Assembly: GCA_003344405.1 (NCBI GenBank)
Contig: NOWV01000150.1
Span: 1-64,000, forward strand
Direction: 5' to 3'
Source of the DNA: Trichoplax sp. H2
Taxonomy: Eukaryota
DNA length: 64,000 bases
Shown: positions 31,444-46,254 of the stretch, piece by piece
How the letters are laid out: the number at the start of each line of letters is the position of its first letter
Position numbering within the stretch: the first letter of the stretch is position 1
Position numbers and translations under genes: made by a program
The notes under the pieces: generated by a model
Database searches by the model: none
The model's input: only the letters and a program-made list of their open reading frames with translations
What the model was told of the DNA's origin: nothing

Positions 31444-33536
31444 TTACGGTTTGCTCCATCGTATTCACTAGAAGTTTCTTTACAAGCATTACTAGATGGA
31501 TCCATCAGCATTTTTTTCACAACATCTTTACTATGATGTACCACAGCACCGCATGCCAATTGCATGTCACACATAGCACGCAGTGGCTTTAACAAAGCCT
31601 ATGAAGCAAAATGAAAAATTAATTTAAACACATTTGCGAAATAGACGCAATTCTAACCGACATTATATAGCGAATTAGAATACTGATCCAAGACCTCTTT
31701 AATATGGTGGTCATTTTCCAAAATTTCTAAAGAAAGTGCCACTGCTTCTATGGTTGATACGCAAGTCACATTGGGTTGCGTTCTGATTACGAATTTACTG
31801 ATCTCATCGTCTACAAGTTTAACCTGCAAGAGTAAGCCCTTTCTTTAATTAATATGTACGTGGCATTACATTTCTTATATACTGTATAGATGGTATCGTT
31901 AGCTATAATTTTTGAACATACAGTATACAAATGTATCGTCATATGGCCTGATAACTCTATTCAAGTCTACCACGTGTATAATATATTAGTGCCTATCGAT
32001 TTTTATTTAGTTTTTATTTCTATACTGACCTGAATGCATCTCTTTAGAAATTCATTTCGGTGCATGATTGTGCGCGCTTCGTTCCAAGTGCCATCAATAA
32101 CAAATAAGTTAGTTACCTTTAATTCTTGGCAACTTAATTGCTTAATATCTATAGCTATAAATGAAGGATATTTAATGTTACTCATCAATTAAAATATATA
32201 CACTTCTTAAAATTTATGCAAGCAAGGTCAGTCAGTTAGATAACAAAAGATATCATCAACAAGCTTGCAGTATCGTATTATTGCATGGTTATCACAACTC
32301 TATACACTTCTATATATTCATTTAAGGAGATTTTAGAAGCAACTAGTGATTTGTTAAATAGCAAACTAACCTTGAGAACTAGGATAAAGTATGGCAGTTG
32401 ATGGGGAAGATGCAATCTCAGCCAGTTCGGTTAACCTGTAAAACGATTCTATGCTATTATACTTTTACGGGTACATTTACTATTCGTATTATCGGATCAC
32501 TCATTTTGTGTTAAAAGCACAGTATGCAATACACTATCCATTTGTACAACATCAGATCATAGCATGGAGTAATCTGATATCGTAGAGCAATATTTTTTTA
32601 TATGAGGTATAGTGTATTCAAGTCATAAGAGTAACTGGGAAAATTTACCGATTCCTTGTAAATCGTATACCACGATATACATGCACACTATCTTTTGCCA
32701 ATGCAGCTGTTAATATTGGTACGGTTGTCAATCTTCGCTTTTGCTGTTTTTTAGAAATAGTTGTATACGTATAGGTACAAAAATATGATGGCTGTTTAAT
32801 AAGATTATTTAACGTTTATCTACGTCTTTAAAAGGAAGAAATTGATATTTATTCACTAAATTGTCATTAATCAATCATACGTATTGCAATTGCAGACCTC
32901 GCGTGGATGTTGCAAAATACGGATTTTGACTGAAGTTTCGATTGGTTTGGCTGGTAGATAACTGCATAAGCACGTTCGAGCTGGACGACTAGATCAATAA
33001 ATCGCAATACATTTTAATGCACAACCACACTATCTGTAGTCGATTTTATCGGCTATAATTGCAATTGCAATCAGAGATGCAATTGCATCAGAATAATACT
33101 GTTATCAACATCATCCACAAATTAATAACATTACAGGGCAGAATATCTTTAGTAAATACAGTCGGACGAATGATTAGCAATTTCCTTCATGATATTTTCA
33201 CCTTCAATCAACAATAGCGGAAGTTCATACTAAGAGCAGATATAATTTTAAATTGAATACCCAAGTCCACAAGCAAAGAAATTTTCAAATGTTGAAAATT
33301 ACCGTCTCAGTGATGTTTACTATAAAATTATAATTCTTATCCTTGATATTAATTTTCCCATATCAATATCATCCTATACTAAACCACTTGCTATTCTTTA
33401 TTGGCTGCACTAGTATCGTAACATCTAAATGTACTACTCACTTGCATCGAGCACATTCTTCACGGCATTTATCGCTACTCTCTTCTATAACATAGCCATT
33501 TAAAAATTCATCATATGTCTCATCCTCTTCCGCCAT
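31444..33536 (-). CDS. DTWD2: DTW-domain tRNA-uridine aminocarboxypropyltransferase 2
   Basis: REECARCK|RPARTCLCSYLP, ILQHPRE, LTTVPIL, AILYPS, LFVIDGTWNEA (DTW motif), FVIRTQPNVTCVSTIEAVA, LLKPLRAMCDMQLACGAVVHHSKD; 7 exons. Confidence 0.9.
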
Positions 33537-35184
33537 TGAAGCATACGCAATCTCACTATTTCAGTATTACACGTCACTGTATGAGATCAGTTATATTTAT
33601 GAGCGAGCCTTTGGTATTTAAATGTGCCAGTCAGCACCTTGATTTCCAGTAATCAATGTTGATCGTCTTGCTGTAAATAACCAAAGCTCTAAAGCGATCA
33701 TATAAAGTATAAAGTTGCGGGAATATGCGCGATTTTGGATAATATTTTGATGCTTTTCTGCAGCAGGGCTCGCTGTGAAGCATAATAATATGCTGAGCTT
33801 TTTCTTATATACTATAGTATACTGCACGTCTATGGTGTGAATGTACACTATTGTACAGTATCACACACTGTATTACCATGGTAAAAATATACGGTGGTAG
33901 GCGAGCTGTATGCTGCCACGCCCGCACAAACACACTGTGCTCAATTTTCCATAAAAATCGTATTAAAATGCAATCTTTGATGCACGTTATCCAATTATTA
34001 TGATAATATTAATTACCAATATAGAATCGCAGATATAAGCATCAAGGTATTCGCTACTTTTATCGACCTGTTACAAGTGACTGATGCTAAATACTACTAA
34101 TTAACTAAAATGACCGATTATGTGTATGTGTAATATTCGCGTTTACGCGTACGAGTACAGTATATTCTCGTATGTTATGGTTAACCCCACTCGTTCTGAC
34201 TAAAAATCTTGATTTCAATAATAACATATAATGAAAACTATATTCCAGATATTAAAGATGAAAGTCATATCATTTAAAGCAGTATTTTTCACTGTATATG
34301 ATGATATAGATGAGGGTAATAATTTCGTAACATTTAAACATTATTTCTGGCATAGTCCAACTTCGGGTTTGTCTGTAACTTAATATAAGAGTATATAATC
34401 AATAGGCCTAAACCATGATTTTAGCTACTGAGGGGTCGTGCAATTCCGAAAAACTTCAAAAATATTTAGCCAGTAATATTCACTGAAAATCACTGCTGAT
34501 ACGTCTTATCCTCGATGCTACATAATTTTCAGGTAACTTAATGAAATATAAAACATCTAATTATCTAAATACGTACAGTATCATACAGTGCAATTATAAG
34601 CAGAAAACTTTAAACTGATGCTTAAATCAGTTAAATGTATTTAGTAACTCCTTGTGTATACCGGTACAGTATTGTATTGCTGACTTAAGGATTCTAACTT
34701 ACTTGGTCAGCATTGACAGTATTTGACACATTGATACATGAAAAACTTGATGTTAAAAAGTCTTACAGCTTGTAATTGGAATGTAACTCAACTGATTTTT
34801 ATTGCGTAGTGGCATACAAGTATAAGATATGATACAAGAAGATTTAATTATGCCATACCAGTTTTAAAAATAATTATTTCGTGCAAAATTGGTAATCATG
34901 GTACCACTCGTAACTACGATAAAGAATAGCCTTCATAAACTGCCATGGTGTGACCGCAGTTGATCGATAAAATATCTCTACACACCGTATTACCCACTAG
35001 TCACATCATTGAATTAAGATAACTGAAGTAATATTAAAACGATTTAATGTAGTAAGGGATAATGTACGGTACAGCAACTCCTGCCTTTAGTAATCTGGGT
35101 AATGGTACAAAATCCAAACTATGGTAACGATTGATTAACGACTTATAAATCTTACTAATCGCTTAGTATAATACACTTGTAATA

Positions 35185-38100
35185 TTAAGATTTATCTCTT
35201 CTACGGTCAGGAGATAAACGTCTTCTGTCGCGATAATTAAAGTCATCCCTTCGTTTTCTTCGAGGTGACACGCTGCGGCTTCTACTGAAAATATAATAAA
35301 TGGTCATAAACAATCTTAATAATAGTCAAGTATTGGAAACAAATAATTCGAGGACATGTATAGATAGTTGGCTTATCGTGTCATAGTAATGAGTTTTTTA
35401 CAGCTGAATTACCGTTCATTCTTTTGCTCGTAGTATCCACCTTTCTTTCTTGCAGCATTAGCTATGTAATCAACAGATTAACCTTTAAGTGAATAGTATA
35501 TTATCAAATCTATAGGTGGATCAAAGAAAATACTGTTCCTACCTGAGTCTTCAGAGCTACCGCTAGACGAAGATGTCGATTCCGAACTCGAATCAGAATC
35601 TGAGTCTGAATCTGAATTGGAATCTGATGAACTACTGTCATCACTTGATTCAACAGCTCTTTTTTGAGCCATTATTAGCTTCGGAGCGTTCTTTAAGTGT
35701 GCTCTTAACTCATCACTGATTTATAAAACGTATGCAAATAGTTGTTATTAATTACGATATTAAAAGCATAAGAGTTGATATTTTACAGCTATTAATAGGC
35801 TTACGTTAATGCACCAAGGCCAATTGAGGTAAAGAAATTGATAGCAAATCTAGTATAACTTGGATTATTTCGTGGAAACAAGCCTTCAAAAAATTCAGCT
35901 AGTGTCCTAAAGCGGATTAATACGATAAATTGTATAAAATGCATAATACCAATTGCGAAATTTTATAATTGTATTAGGGTAATAATCGGTAACATTACTT
36001 ACTCATCTCTGAAACGCTTATTTAATTTCATGATACCCATGTATTCAGATAATTCTTGCAATAAAATCTTTGCAAATATTCGACTACAGTTGAGTATAAG
36101 TAACGATTTTAGCGAAAGTATAATAGCGAAAAGATACTCAGAATATGGCTTACCTTGATGATGTAGTTTCGTCTTCATTTAGATGAATGCAGGACAAAGC
36201 CTTTGATTATAATATTAGTAATTATGATATCGTATTTTCACATTTAGTATCAATGTTACTTTCAAAATAATAATTCTTACCGTCCAAGGAATAGCATCCG
36301 TAAAAAATAGATGTGCAAAAAACTTTACCACATTTCGCAATTTATTAGTTTCCAACCTATGGCAATTTTCGTACTAAAATAAGAGAGTACCGTAAATAAT
36401 TGAATTGATTCGTTGATAAACAAGTACAGCTAACATATAATAGCAATTTGATTCTAACTTGGTCTTGGAATATCTCGTCGTATAGTTCAACATAGGTTTT
36501 GTTTAACTGACAAAATCTCTGAATCAAAAATATTTTATAAAAATCACGTTAATAAATGTAAAAGGTTTTCTTTAAAAGCAAGACTTCTCTTACTTGTGCT
36601 AGTAAGCCGTACATCCTGAGATACGAACGCTCCTGGGCACAGCAGTCTATAATCATACTGCATAGTTCTTTCTAGAATTGACACAAGGTCATTTTTAGTC
36701 GCATAGGCATTATCCTTATTTGCGAAAAATTAATTAAATAGTTTAACCTCCTGCCCCGGTTTTATCTCCATTTTCAATAATTTATGAGCACATTCTTCGA
36801 AATCCAAACTAAATTAGAAAAGTAAAATCACTTAAAATTTTGAATTATTACCTTCACAGAAATAATTTCTACCTGGACTGTATGGTAAGATAAATATTCC
36901 TCCTTAAAGCCACCAAGTTTGTCTCGGTCTGATCCAAAATCATCTTATCATCTACGTATTTATTCATTTATAAAATTTATCTAATAAATGTACTAAAAAT
37001 TGCAAATGAATCACATTACGAAGACGTAATAGTACCTTTTTCTTCTTCTTCATCATCGTCATCATCATCGTCCGATTCCTCGTCGCTTCCACTAGCGGAC
37101 GATCCATCATCGTCATCACCTAGTATACCTAATTTTAAAGCAACACGAACATGAGAGTATGCTACTACAATTCACGGCAGCTTCACGGTTGCTTATTAAG
37201 CTTACCTTTTCGTAATACCTGATACCGTTCTTCATTCTGTAAATAGTCTGGATCAAACTTGAAAATATCTAAGAAATGCAAAACCGCGCTTAATAAAACT
37301 TTATATCTATATCATAGCTTTATCTTCTCGCAATTGCCAATATACTTAGTATATTTTCTCCATCAGCGGCGTCATCGAGAGATAGAAAATGTGTGATTTG
37401 ATCGGACTCTTCAACTAATACCAGCTCTTCAATTACAGTTGGATAATCCTATTGATGTATGATACGGTCTTTAAAACATAACTTCAGTAGCAGTAGTTAC
37501 AGAGAGAAAGTTAGAGTACCTTAAAATCGTCTTTCCTAATGGCAAATAGCACTTCTATCATATATTGGACGCGTTTTCCTATATCACTGTCTTGGATAAT
37601 ACTTCTAAAGCGATCGAAAATTCCTACAGATGTTCAATAAAATTACTGTTACCTACTGAAAATTCTATAAATTTGTCAATTAATATCTTTTTGATATAAA
37701 TTACCTCTAATTCCTGTTGGCGATAGTTCACCCAACTTTTTTCCACATTCCTTAATAACACCAACCTAGTATTCATAATGAGATCAGGATAACGTTATCT
37801 GTCAAGATGATTTTAAGAATTTTAACAAATCCAGATACTTACAGCAACTTCAACACTATCTTCGGTTGGATTTTCTAAAAATACAGTCAGTATCTCGAGG
37901 ATAACCAATTCATGAATCTTATCATGACAGAAAATAGCAATTATGTTATCGATAAATCAATTAACGGTCAATTTCACAATCATTCCGATACGGTTAACAT
38001 AATTGACACGATATTAACACTTACAACTTGTTGGTTAACCAAATGCGCTAAAAATTTAGCAGTTGTAAGACATGTGGCTTTATCGCCTCTTTTCATTGTT

Positions 38101-39830
38101 CTTTTAAACTGAATTAGTAATCTCTTCAATAGCAACTCTCCGATTTGTGGAAACTATAAGTTTTATTGCATATGGGAGCGATATAATTATTGCAATGAGT
38201 GCTCGATGCATAAGAGTATTAATATACTTTATGTGTAAAATCACAAAGAAAGTCAGCTTACTTTCGTATTAATTACTGCAACCAATGCTGCATAAACATG
38301 AGTAAAAGTAGGAGATGCAGCTTGAGCAGTTATAACTGATCTAGCTAATAGGCCCCTATAAAAAATAAATAATACATGTTTACTTGTTACAGCACAAACA
38401 CGCGTACAGTTTATAATCTTCTGCGAATAATAGTAACGTACCTTCCGCGAACAATATTCTCCTTGAATAATTCTCTTATTATATCAGACATATTGCCAAC
38501 GTTGACCTATATCAAATACCCGTAGTCATTATAATATGAGCTCATTGCAATAGGCAAAGCAATGTTAAATCCTTTACTAACTTTGTTCACCAAGCCATTG
38601 ATACTCTTCTTTAGGGCTTCCCAGCTCAATCTTTGATAGTTTTCACTACGAATGAAAGTCCATGAAGGAATGTTATTAACTGCATTGATATTCTAATCTG
38701 TTTGTATCTATAAGTAATCACTTCAAATTTATTTTTTTACCTGCTCTTATCAGTAATTTGCTCCTGCATCATGCGAAGTCTCGCAGGTGGAATGTAAGCA
38801 CCACCTGTATAAGAGAAATGGTCCATGATGAAACAGAAAGAGCGCTACTATTTTCAATACAGAGCTATTATACATGTATAGTATCGTAAGGATGGGATAT
38901 TGATGTTTATGCGCATATTTTTATGGAAAGGCATGAGGAAAAAAAGGAAGCGAGGCCACTTACCAGTCCTACTGGTTAAAATGTCTTTCTTTTCATTTGT
39001 TTCTTTCGGTTTCTTATGATTATTATCCCTATCATCTATTATAGGATCATTTTTCATTTCTTCTTTCCGGGAATGATCACTTACATATCTATCACCCCTG
39101 CAGAAGGAAAATTTACGATTAATTTCTTCATTGCGATCTTCATGGATAGGACAAGTACTTGTCGATTGATCCCTCACCGTCGTCTATCTCGGTCACTATG
39201 CCTATCTCGTCTGTCTTTGTGGTCATCTCTATTTCTATGTCGATCATGTCTGTCTCTTCGTCTATCATTGCAATTTTATGCAAAAAAAATTATTGCAGTT
39301 TTATGTTTTATACAAATGCATACATTTTACAGTCAGTAATTCAAAATTCACGCGGCAATTAACGAATTCTATGCACATTTTCATACGTGCATCGCTGTAA
39401 ATAGCATATTAGTAGTAAAAGTACCGTGGAGATCTCGAGCGGCTTCTTGAGCGTCTCCTTCGAGGTGATCTGGAGCGTTCCCTATGTGAACGCTTAGATG
39501 CGGGACTATGTTCTCGTTTACGATCCTACACATGTACGTTAAATATCAAAATGGTATCTTTGCCTAGGTATCTTATTACTGTACACTACAATTATGAAAT
39601 GATTCAGAAGTGGCTTAAATTGAATTGAAAATGGCTATCGAAATTAGGAGTACAGGATGAATTATGTAGGAGTACCTTTACATTTGCCTCACGGCTATGT
39701 TCTGGAGTAGCGCTACTGTCTTCAGTACTAGAATGAAGTATGGTAGAAAAAATGAGCATTAAACTTTGACGTTTTCTGCGAAAATTTCTATATTTAATTG
39801 AGGAAAGCAATTGCAGTACCTGGAAGGCAT
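35185..39830 (-). CDS. CWC22: Pre-mRNA splicing factor CWC22 (RS-rich N-terminus, MIF4G, MA3)
   Basis: [109 protein letters not shown]. The start at 39830 (MPSS|TEDS) is chosen by exon phase and is moderately uncertain. Confidence 0.93.
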
Positions 39831-39919
39831 CTTGCTTGTGATAGCTGTAGCAGCTGTACAATGGAGGAACTAGTGTACCAATTGACACTTTAGTAAGTTA
39901 TAGTATGAGGCAATACACT

Positions 39920-40720
39920 ACATACAGTACAGTACAGTAGGACGGTATCAGCGAATTGATTACTGGACATTAGATTTACCTGACATGCTTAGTTAAGGAC
40001 TAAATGGTAAGTTACTACAGTCCAGTCTGCCAGTCAAAGCTTTCTCTACAGTACTGTACTAGTAGTGTACAGTACAAGAAACAGTACTGTAGTGTACAGT
40101 ATGTACTGTACACTACAGCGGATAGTAAAGAGTTAGTCGAGAGCAGACTCGGAAAACTTGCCACAGACACTTTACCGCATAAAATAAAATCAATTAATTA
40201 ATTAATTTTAGCTGTACAGTATTAGGATTAAATGCTACAAAATATTTAATCCCCCCTCGTACTATCAAATCTATATTGATATTGTTTTCGTCCTATACTA
40301 CTGTACATTGTACTGCGGTAAATTATATTATCCCCGTCCATTTGTCTTAGACCCATCCAGAGACTATCGTCTACCTCCATCACGGGTTGTTGTATTAATT
40401 AATGAATCGATACTATAAACCATGGAGGTAAAAAATCGACTGAGTACGGTTACTGTGTGTGTGTGTTGTTGCTCTATTCTCAGCTCTTAATACTTCTTGA
40501 CTCCTGTTTCTCTGATCTGCAATTCTCATATTTCAGCTGCCTGAAAATAAATAAACTCCTATCACGTACAGTACTGTATTTTTAAGTCCTCGGTATAGTC
40601 GTATTGACTGTCTCTACATCTACAGTATACAGTATTACAGTGTATAGTGACTATACTGTACAGTACAGTACTGTACACTGTACAGCTCGGCGCCATTCGT
40701 ACAGTACAGTACAGTTCGTA
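39920..40720. repeat. ACAGT/ACTGT arrays at both ends of the divergent CWC22/WDR93 intergenic region
   Basis: Clusters at 39922-39940, 40047-40118 and 40565-40715. Confidence 0.8.
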
Positions 40721-40776
40721 GAGTCAGCTGTCAGTGGAATCAGTTCGGACTTCCAATATTCTAGCTCCGGTATATG

Positions 40777-40790
40777 GTTGCCATAGTGAT
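40777..40790 (+). promoter_or_regulatory. Candidate RFX X-box upstream of WDR93
   Basis: GTTGCCATAGTGAT fits the X-box pattern GTTGCCATGGYAAC with a weaker right half. It lies just downstream of an ACAGT array. Confidence 0.5.
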
Positions 40791-41246
40791 GATCGGTAAA
40801 TGATGCTGAAAGCTAGGTCTAATTTCCAAGTTAGTCGAAATCACTCTGTAAACTTTATACTTACTGTACATGTCAAGGTTCTCGGACAGATCTCAAACAT
40901 ATGTATGTTTTGTAAATGAAATGTTGCTATAGTCGTACTCAAACGCATTTGAGATAAAATGGATTTATACTGCTATCCCACAAAATCTAGGGTTTAACTG
41001 AACTGACTTTTGATTGATCACTTACCCAAGAGTATTGTTAATAGTAATCTGTAACTGTCGTAACGAAATCTTATATCCTGCAAAAATACTTTTATTTCAC
41101 AAATTGAAACATAGAGTCAAGATATTGCTTAATATTACTATACTGCGGATACTTAATCATTACAATAAAATAGTTTAATTTACACGTTACTAATATACAC
41201 TTGTATAGACTTTAAATTGTTGTTACATTCTACCCAACTAAAAAGA

Positions 41247-44200
41247 ATGTCAAAATCGAAACGACCAAATCGTGAGCCAACGCCACCATCTCGTATAGAT
41301 GATGTAGATCGGGATGACTTCTTCGCTGATCCTGATATGATGTTTGATGAATTACCTCAACCCTTTCGCACGATCGATAAAATATTAGAAGGAATATTCG
41401 ACGATTCGTGGAATATTATCAACAAGAGACAAGCTGAACGCGAAGCAGGTACATTAAAGGTTCCAGTCCCAATATATAATGGCGTTAGAGTTGGTACAAC
41501 AACCGAGGAGCCGAGATGTCTTGCTCCATCAGTAGATGGAAATTATGTCTTTTTAGGTCATGCAGATGGACTAGTTGTACTTAAACCACCATCAGTTCTA
41601 ACATTAACGTCTTGGGATGAAAATGGTGTGTTACCAGTACAGTTATCAACTGCTGATATGCCAGGATCCATTTATTTAGTTACGATGCTTAGTAATTTAG
41701 GTAAGATCTTGATACTAATATACCCTATAAAGTCATTACTGTTCATAAAGAATCTAATTTACTGTATAATTAAGCATCTTCTGTGAAATAATTTTATGCA
41801 GGCGTAGGTAGGGTCTTTGCGCTATTTAAAAATAGACTGTTCCTGCTACGGATAATCAATGATACGGTAAATGCTAGGGCTAAAATTAATGTTCAGCCTT
41901 AACTAAATCAATCCTTATCGTCCGTATCGAAGTAGTCATTCAAAAATTTGGAAATCTTTTATATAATAGGATGCTGCTATCATTACAACAATGAAGTTAT
42001 CAAGTAATGGAGATTTTCTTGGAGTGGGCACCCAAGGTAATCAGCTAGACATTAATTCCACTCGTGGCATAATAAATTGTATAATAAATTGTATGTGTAT
42101 AATGACAAGAAAGCTTCACCCTAATCAACAATTCCTAAAATTTTGTGCTAATTTATTTTTCAAATAGCATCAAAAAAATATTTCTTTGAAGTGCATCGTT
42201 TACCAAGTGATGGTTGGACGAGAGAGTTAACATCTGCTAACCGGCAACTTTTGAAACATGAAGTATGACTCGTTTTTTTATTAGTTGCTAGCATTAGTTC
42301 AAGTTATTAATAGAATTAATAATTACTGTGTCTCCACTACTCTATATATAGTCAAAAATAATATCTTCAGCTGAGCAACATGTCCCACAGCAGCTAATTA
42401 ATAATCAAGATAAACCTGTACCTCCACCAGTACAAATTGTTAGTCAAGAGGTTTGTAAGAAATATACGATAGATCTACTTTACTGTTTCTAATGATTGCT
42501 ACTTTAAACAGAATCTATAAAGGTGACATTTACATTAAAAGAAGTTGGAATAACTTCTTATACAACTATTTGCAATCATTAATTAGGCCGAAGGAACACC
42601 AAATCCTTCGCAAACTCAACTGGAAGGGCAGTCAAATCCTACTCTCAATATCACAACTGGAGCAGTACCTTCGCGAATTAATTTCTCTAAACCAACTCTT
42701 CTCATACGTGTCAAGTGTTCTAACACGCCGACACCGTGTAATGGCACGAATCCAGCACAAGCTTTATCTGCTTACAACAATAGTGACTTTTTGACATTGG
42801 GAAATGGTTTAATTCATTCTCTGTCTGCGCAATTGCTTGATCAAAGGCGTACTGATTATGATAGTCTCGGCTTTATTTCACAACAAGATAGTGAAGCTGA
42901 AATACGCAGGTTTGACAAAACAAAGGATAATTTCTTAATTTCACACTAAGTAGTGTAATTTGTAATTGTAAATTACTTCCAATAATATATATGTTTTCAA
43001 TTAGTATCCCAACTTTCCATTTTCTTGGACCAACTAAGTATCAACCAAACAGTTTAGAAGGCAATCAGAATGAGGGTAAGATATTGTCGTAACATAACTC
43101 TAGATAGATGACATTATAATCAAACTCTTAATAATAGTAATAGAAATAATTAAGTTATGAATTTATATTTTTAGTAGCAAAGCCATCATCTGTTGTTATG
43201 TGGTGGTCAAGTTGTAACCAAATCTTTCATTATCCTCTACCAAAGAGTGGACGAGGTACAGCATATTGAATACATATGCAAATATCACCTTATAAGGAAT
43301 GTAGATTATTAAATTGATGTTGTTTCCTTGCAGTCGATAAACCTGATTTAGTATGGCCAAATGGAGATGTTATAATAAATAGTACTCTGAGTAACGACAA
43401 AACCTTGCTAGCAGTAGCGTTAAAAAATGGTATATTGGTAATCTGGGATGTATATCATGGTAAATAGTAATATTGATTGTTTAATTCTATTAATCACATT
43501 ATATTACGAGAATAAATGATATTAGCTACTTATTTACAGGTTTAGAAAGGAAAATTATTGGATTTTCGAAAAGAGGGTCTATAATTTGCATGCAATTTCT
43601 ACTCCCTGGCGCACTAAATGAGACTAAAACCATGCCTAAAGCAGATCCTGGATCAGCTACTTTTCGAACAGGCCCAGAAGGCTTAATAGTCGCCTGCAGC
43701 GATGGTAGCTTGTGCATAATCGAATGTGAACCGGATAAAAGTGAAACTGCACCAATTATATTGGCACATCCTTCGGAAATCCCTTTTTATCGAATTCTTC
43801 CGCTACCAAATCTACCACAATTGGTAACGAGCTGTAAAATAAGTTATTGTCGGAAAGCGGATTCATGCTACTTACTGTTAATAATTGCAAGTATACTTCT
43901 ATATTCTAGTTTATAACTGTACAGAAAAATAGCGAAGTCATTGTTCATGATGCTAGGAAAAGAAAGAGAATGTGTGAAATTGTTATGTCTAAATCATACC
44001 ACCTTGATAATCCAAGAAAAGAGGGTGAATTGATTTTAGCGAAAGGAGGACGCGTTGTAGTCATGAGAGGTACAGGAACAATACTAAGAATTAGATTAAT
44101 TTTACGAATAATATTCTAAGTGCTGGTTTCTGAACTATTAATAGACTTGAAATCTATCCTATATCAAGACTATAGCCTTTAATTTCTTTTTTGTTATAGG

Positions 44201-45040
44201 TGTCAAGGATGATACTATGTTTACTGAGCTGGAAGATGTAATTAATTCCTTAATTTTTTCCTCATGACTCGACCATAGCTCAATAAAATTGAATGAGTCC
44301 ATGTCTGGTCTTTTCTGATATTGGTTTCTTCTTATCTCATTTGTATAGGTCTTTGCAGTGTATGCAATTCAATTACACTTATGTCTAGAATTAGGAGAAT
44401 ACTTTGCAAAGATTCAAAAAGACAATCAAGGACGGCAACAGGATGAAAATTTAAAGAATCAAACTACTGGTAAAGACAAAAAGCGTAATTCAAGAGCTAG
44501 CAAACAAAATAAAGAAAGTGCTTCAATTGATGAAATTGAAGAAAGATTAAATTCAATGTTACGTGAAAGGTAAAACTAGTAGTTATATTTAGTAGCATTA
44601 ATACTTAATACTTTCATTTCTTTTATATCCGATCTACTATTAATATATTGCACTCTTATAATGTATTTATAGTCTTTATTCAAAATTACTCTCGAGCGCA
44701 CTTTTTTTGTTCCTACAATGATTTCTATGTAATTTTATTTTAATAAAGAAATGCGGAACAGGCACTTCGACAAGCCAGAATGCAACAAAGGTGGTCAAGA
44801 TTAAAAACAGAATTAAGGGTTATCTCTGCAATAAAACATCAAGCAAAAAGAAGAGACTTTTTACGCAAGGCTTTTGTAAGCATATTAGTCTTAAATTATT
44901 CACTATACTAATTGTGCACAGTTAATAATAACCTTGAAGCGTAGTTTGTTTAAATTATAATATACTGTGTCTTATGTTATAAATTAGAGAAAATAAACAG
45001 GGGAGAAGTTAACCTGACTGCTCAAGCAACCGCAGACTAA
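41247..45040 (+). CDS. WDR93: WD repeat-containing protein 93-like
   Basis: N-terminus DDFFADPDMMFDELPQPFRTIDKILEGIFDDSWNII resembles human WDR93 ([20 protein letters not shown]...FDQSWEII). Later exons PTFHFLGP, VMWWSSCNQIFHYPL and KPDLVWPNGDVIINSTLS..LLAVALKNGILVIWD; stop at 45040. Confidence 0.8.
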
Positions 45041-46254
45041 GAAGGAATATATAAATTCCGCGTAAATCGAGAAATTGTAAATACTACCGAATAATACTTT
45101 CCGCCGAAATTTTGTTCGTTGTAATAACTCACATTTGGCGAATTACTGTGATCGTGCGATAAAAGTTGCTAAATAAATAATTAGTATCCTTTACCAAAAA
45201 GACTAAATTAGTTAATATGATACGATTGCATTAGCCTTGTACATAAGATCTTAGTAAATCTTGCAAATACTGCATTAACTAAGAATCGTTGGAAATATTT
45301 AAACAGTCACAATCGACCTGAAGCAAATCTACAATTATTGTATGTAGCAGTAATTGATGTTAGGATGCCACAGTATATTTAATTATGATATTTTTTGGAA
45401 ATAGATATTGATATCTATTTAATTTAACAACGCTAATGCGTTTCCTGTATATTTGTTAAATATCCACCATCTGTAAAAATATTTCATGAAAAATTTATAT
45501 TGTTGTTTATAATATAGGGCGTACTAGATAAATACTAATGTTTTGACGGAAACATAGCTCATGAAAGATTTAATGATAGTGATTAATGAATAAAAGCAAA
45601 TTGATAATCTCATGTGCCTACTATAATTTCATAATTTAAGATTAATGGTTCTTTATTCCAATATTTTCAGGAAATTACTATTATTATTTATTAATATTAT
45701 TATTCTGGTTATTTATACGAGTAGTTCACTGTCTGAGAGTAGTCCCAGCAGAATGCCACGATATTTTATTTATTTATTTTTGAATTTACAAAATTCATTG
45801 ATTTACCACAGCATGTTGTGTAGTATAGGTACAAAAAGCGTTTACTTGTGTTGTAATACTGTGCATATTGTGCCAGCTAACAGTTCTGAGCGTTAGAAGT
45901 TCGATTAATTATATAATTATCAAGCCTATTCAGAAGTATATTACCGTGTTATGCCGTACGTACTGCTTCCGTAATCCATAACTATTGTGCAATATAGTAA
46001 TTGGATTTCAGGGTATTAACATAATAGTCGATGATTTTATTTCATTTATTTATTTAATTTCACCTTGGCATTTAAATCTAAATTTAATTTCATTTAATAT
46101 TTATATAGTCAATAGAAATTAATTGCTGTAGGAGATTACTAAAATACATACTTGTCATGGACTACTTAACCAAGTTTACTCTCTTGTATTAATAACTCAG
46201 GTAATTTTTACCTATTATACAGTATGAAATAAAATACTGCGTTCGAGTATTTAT

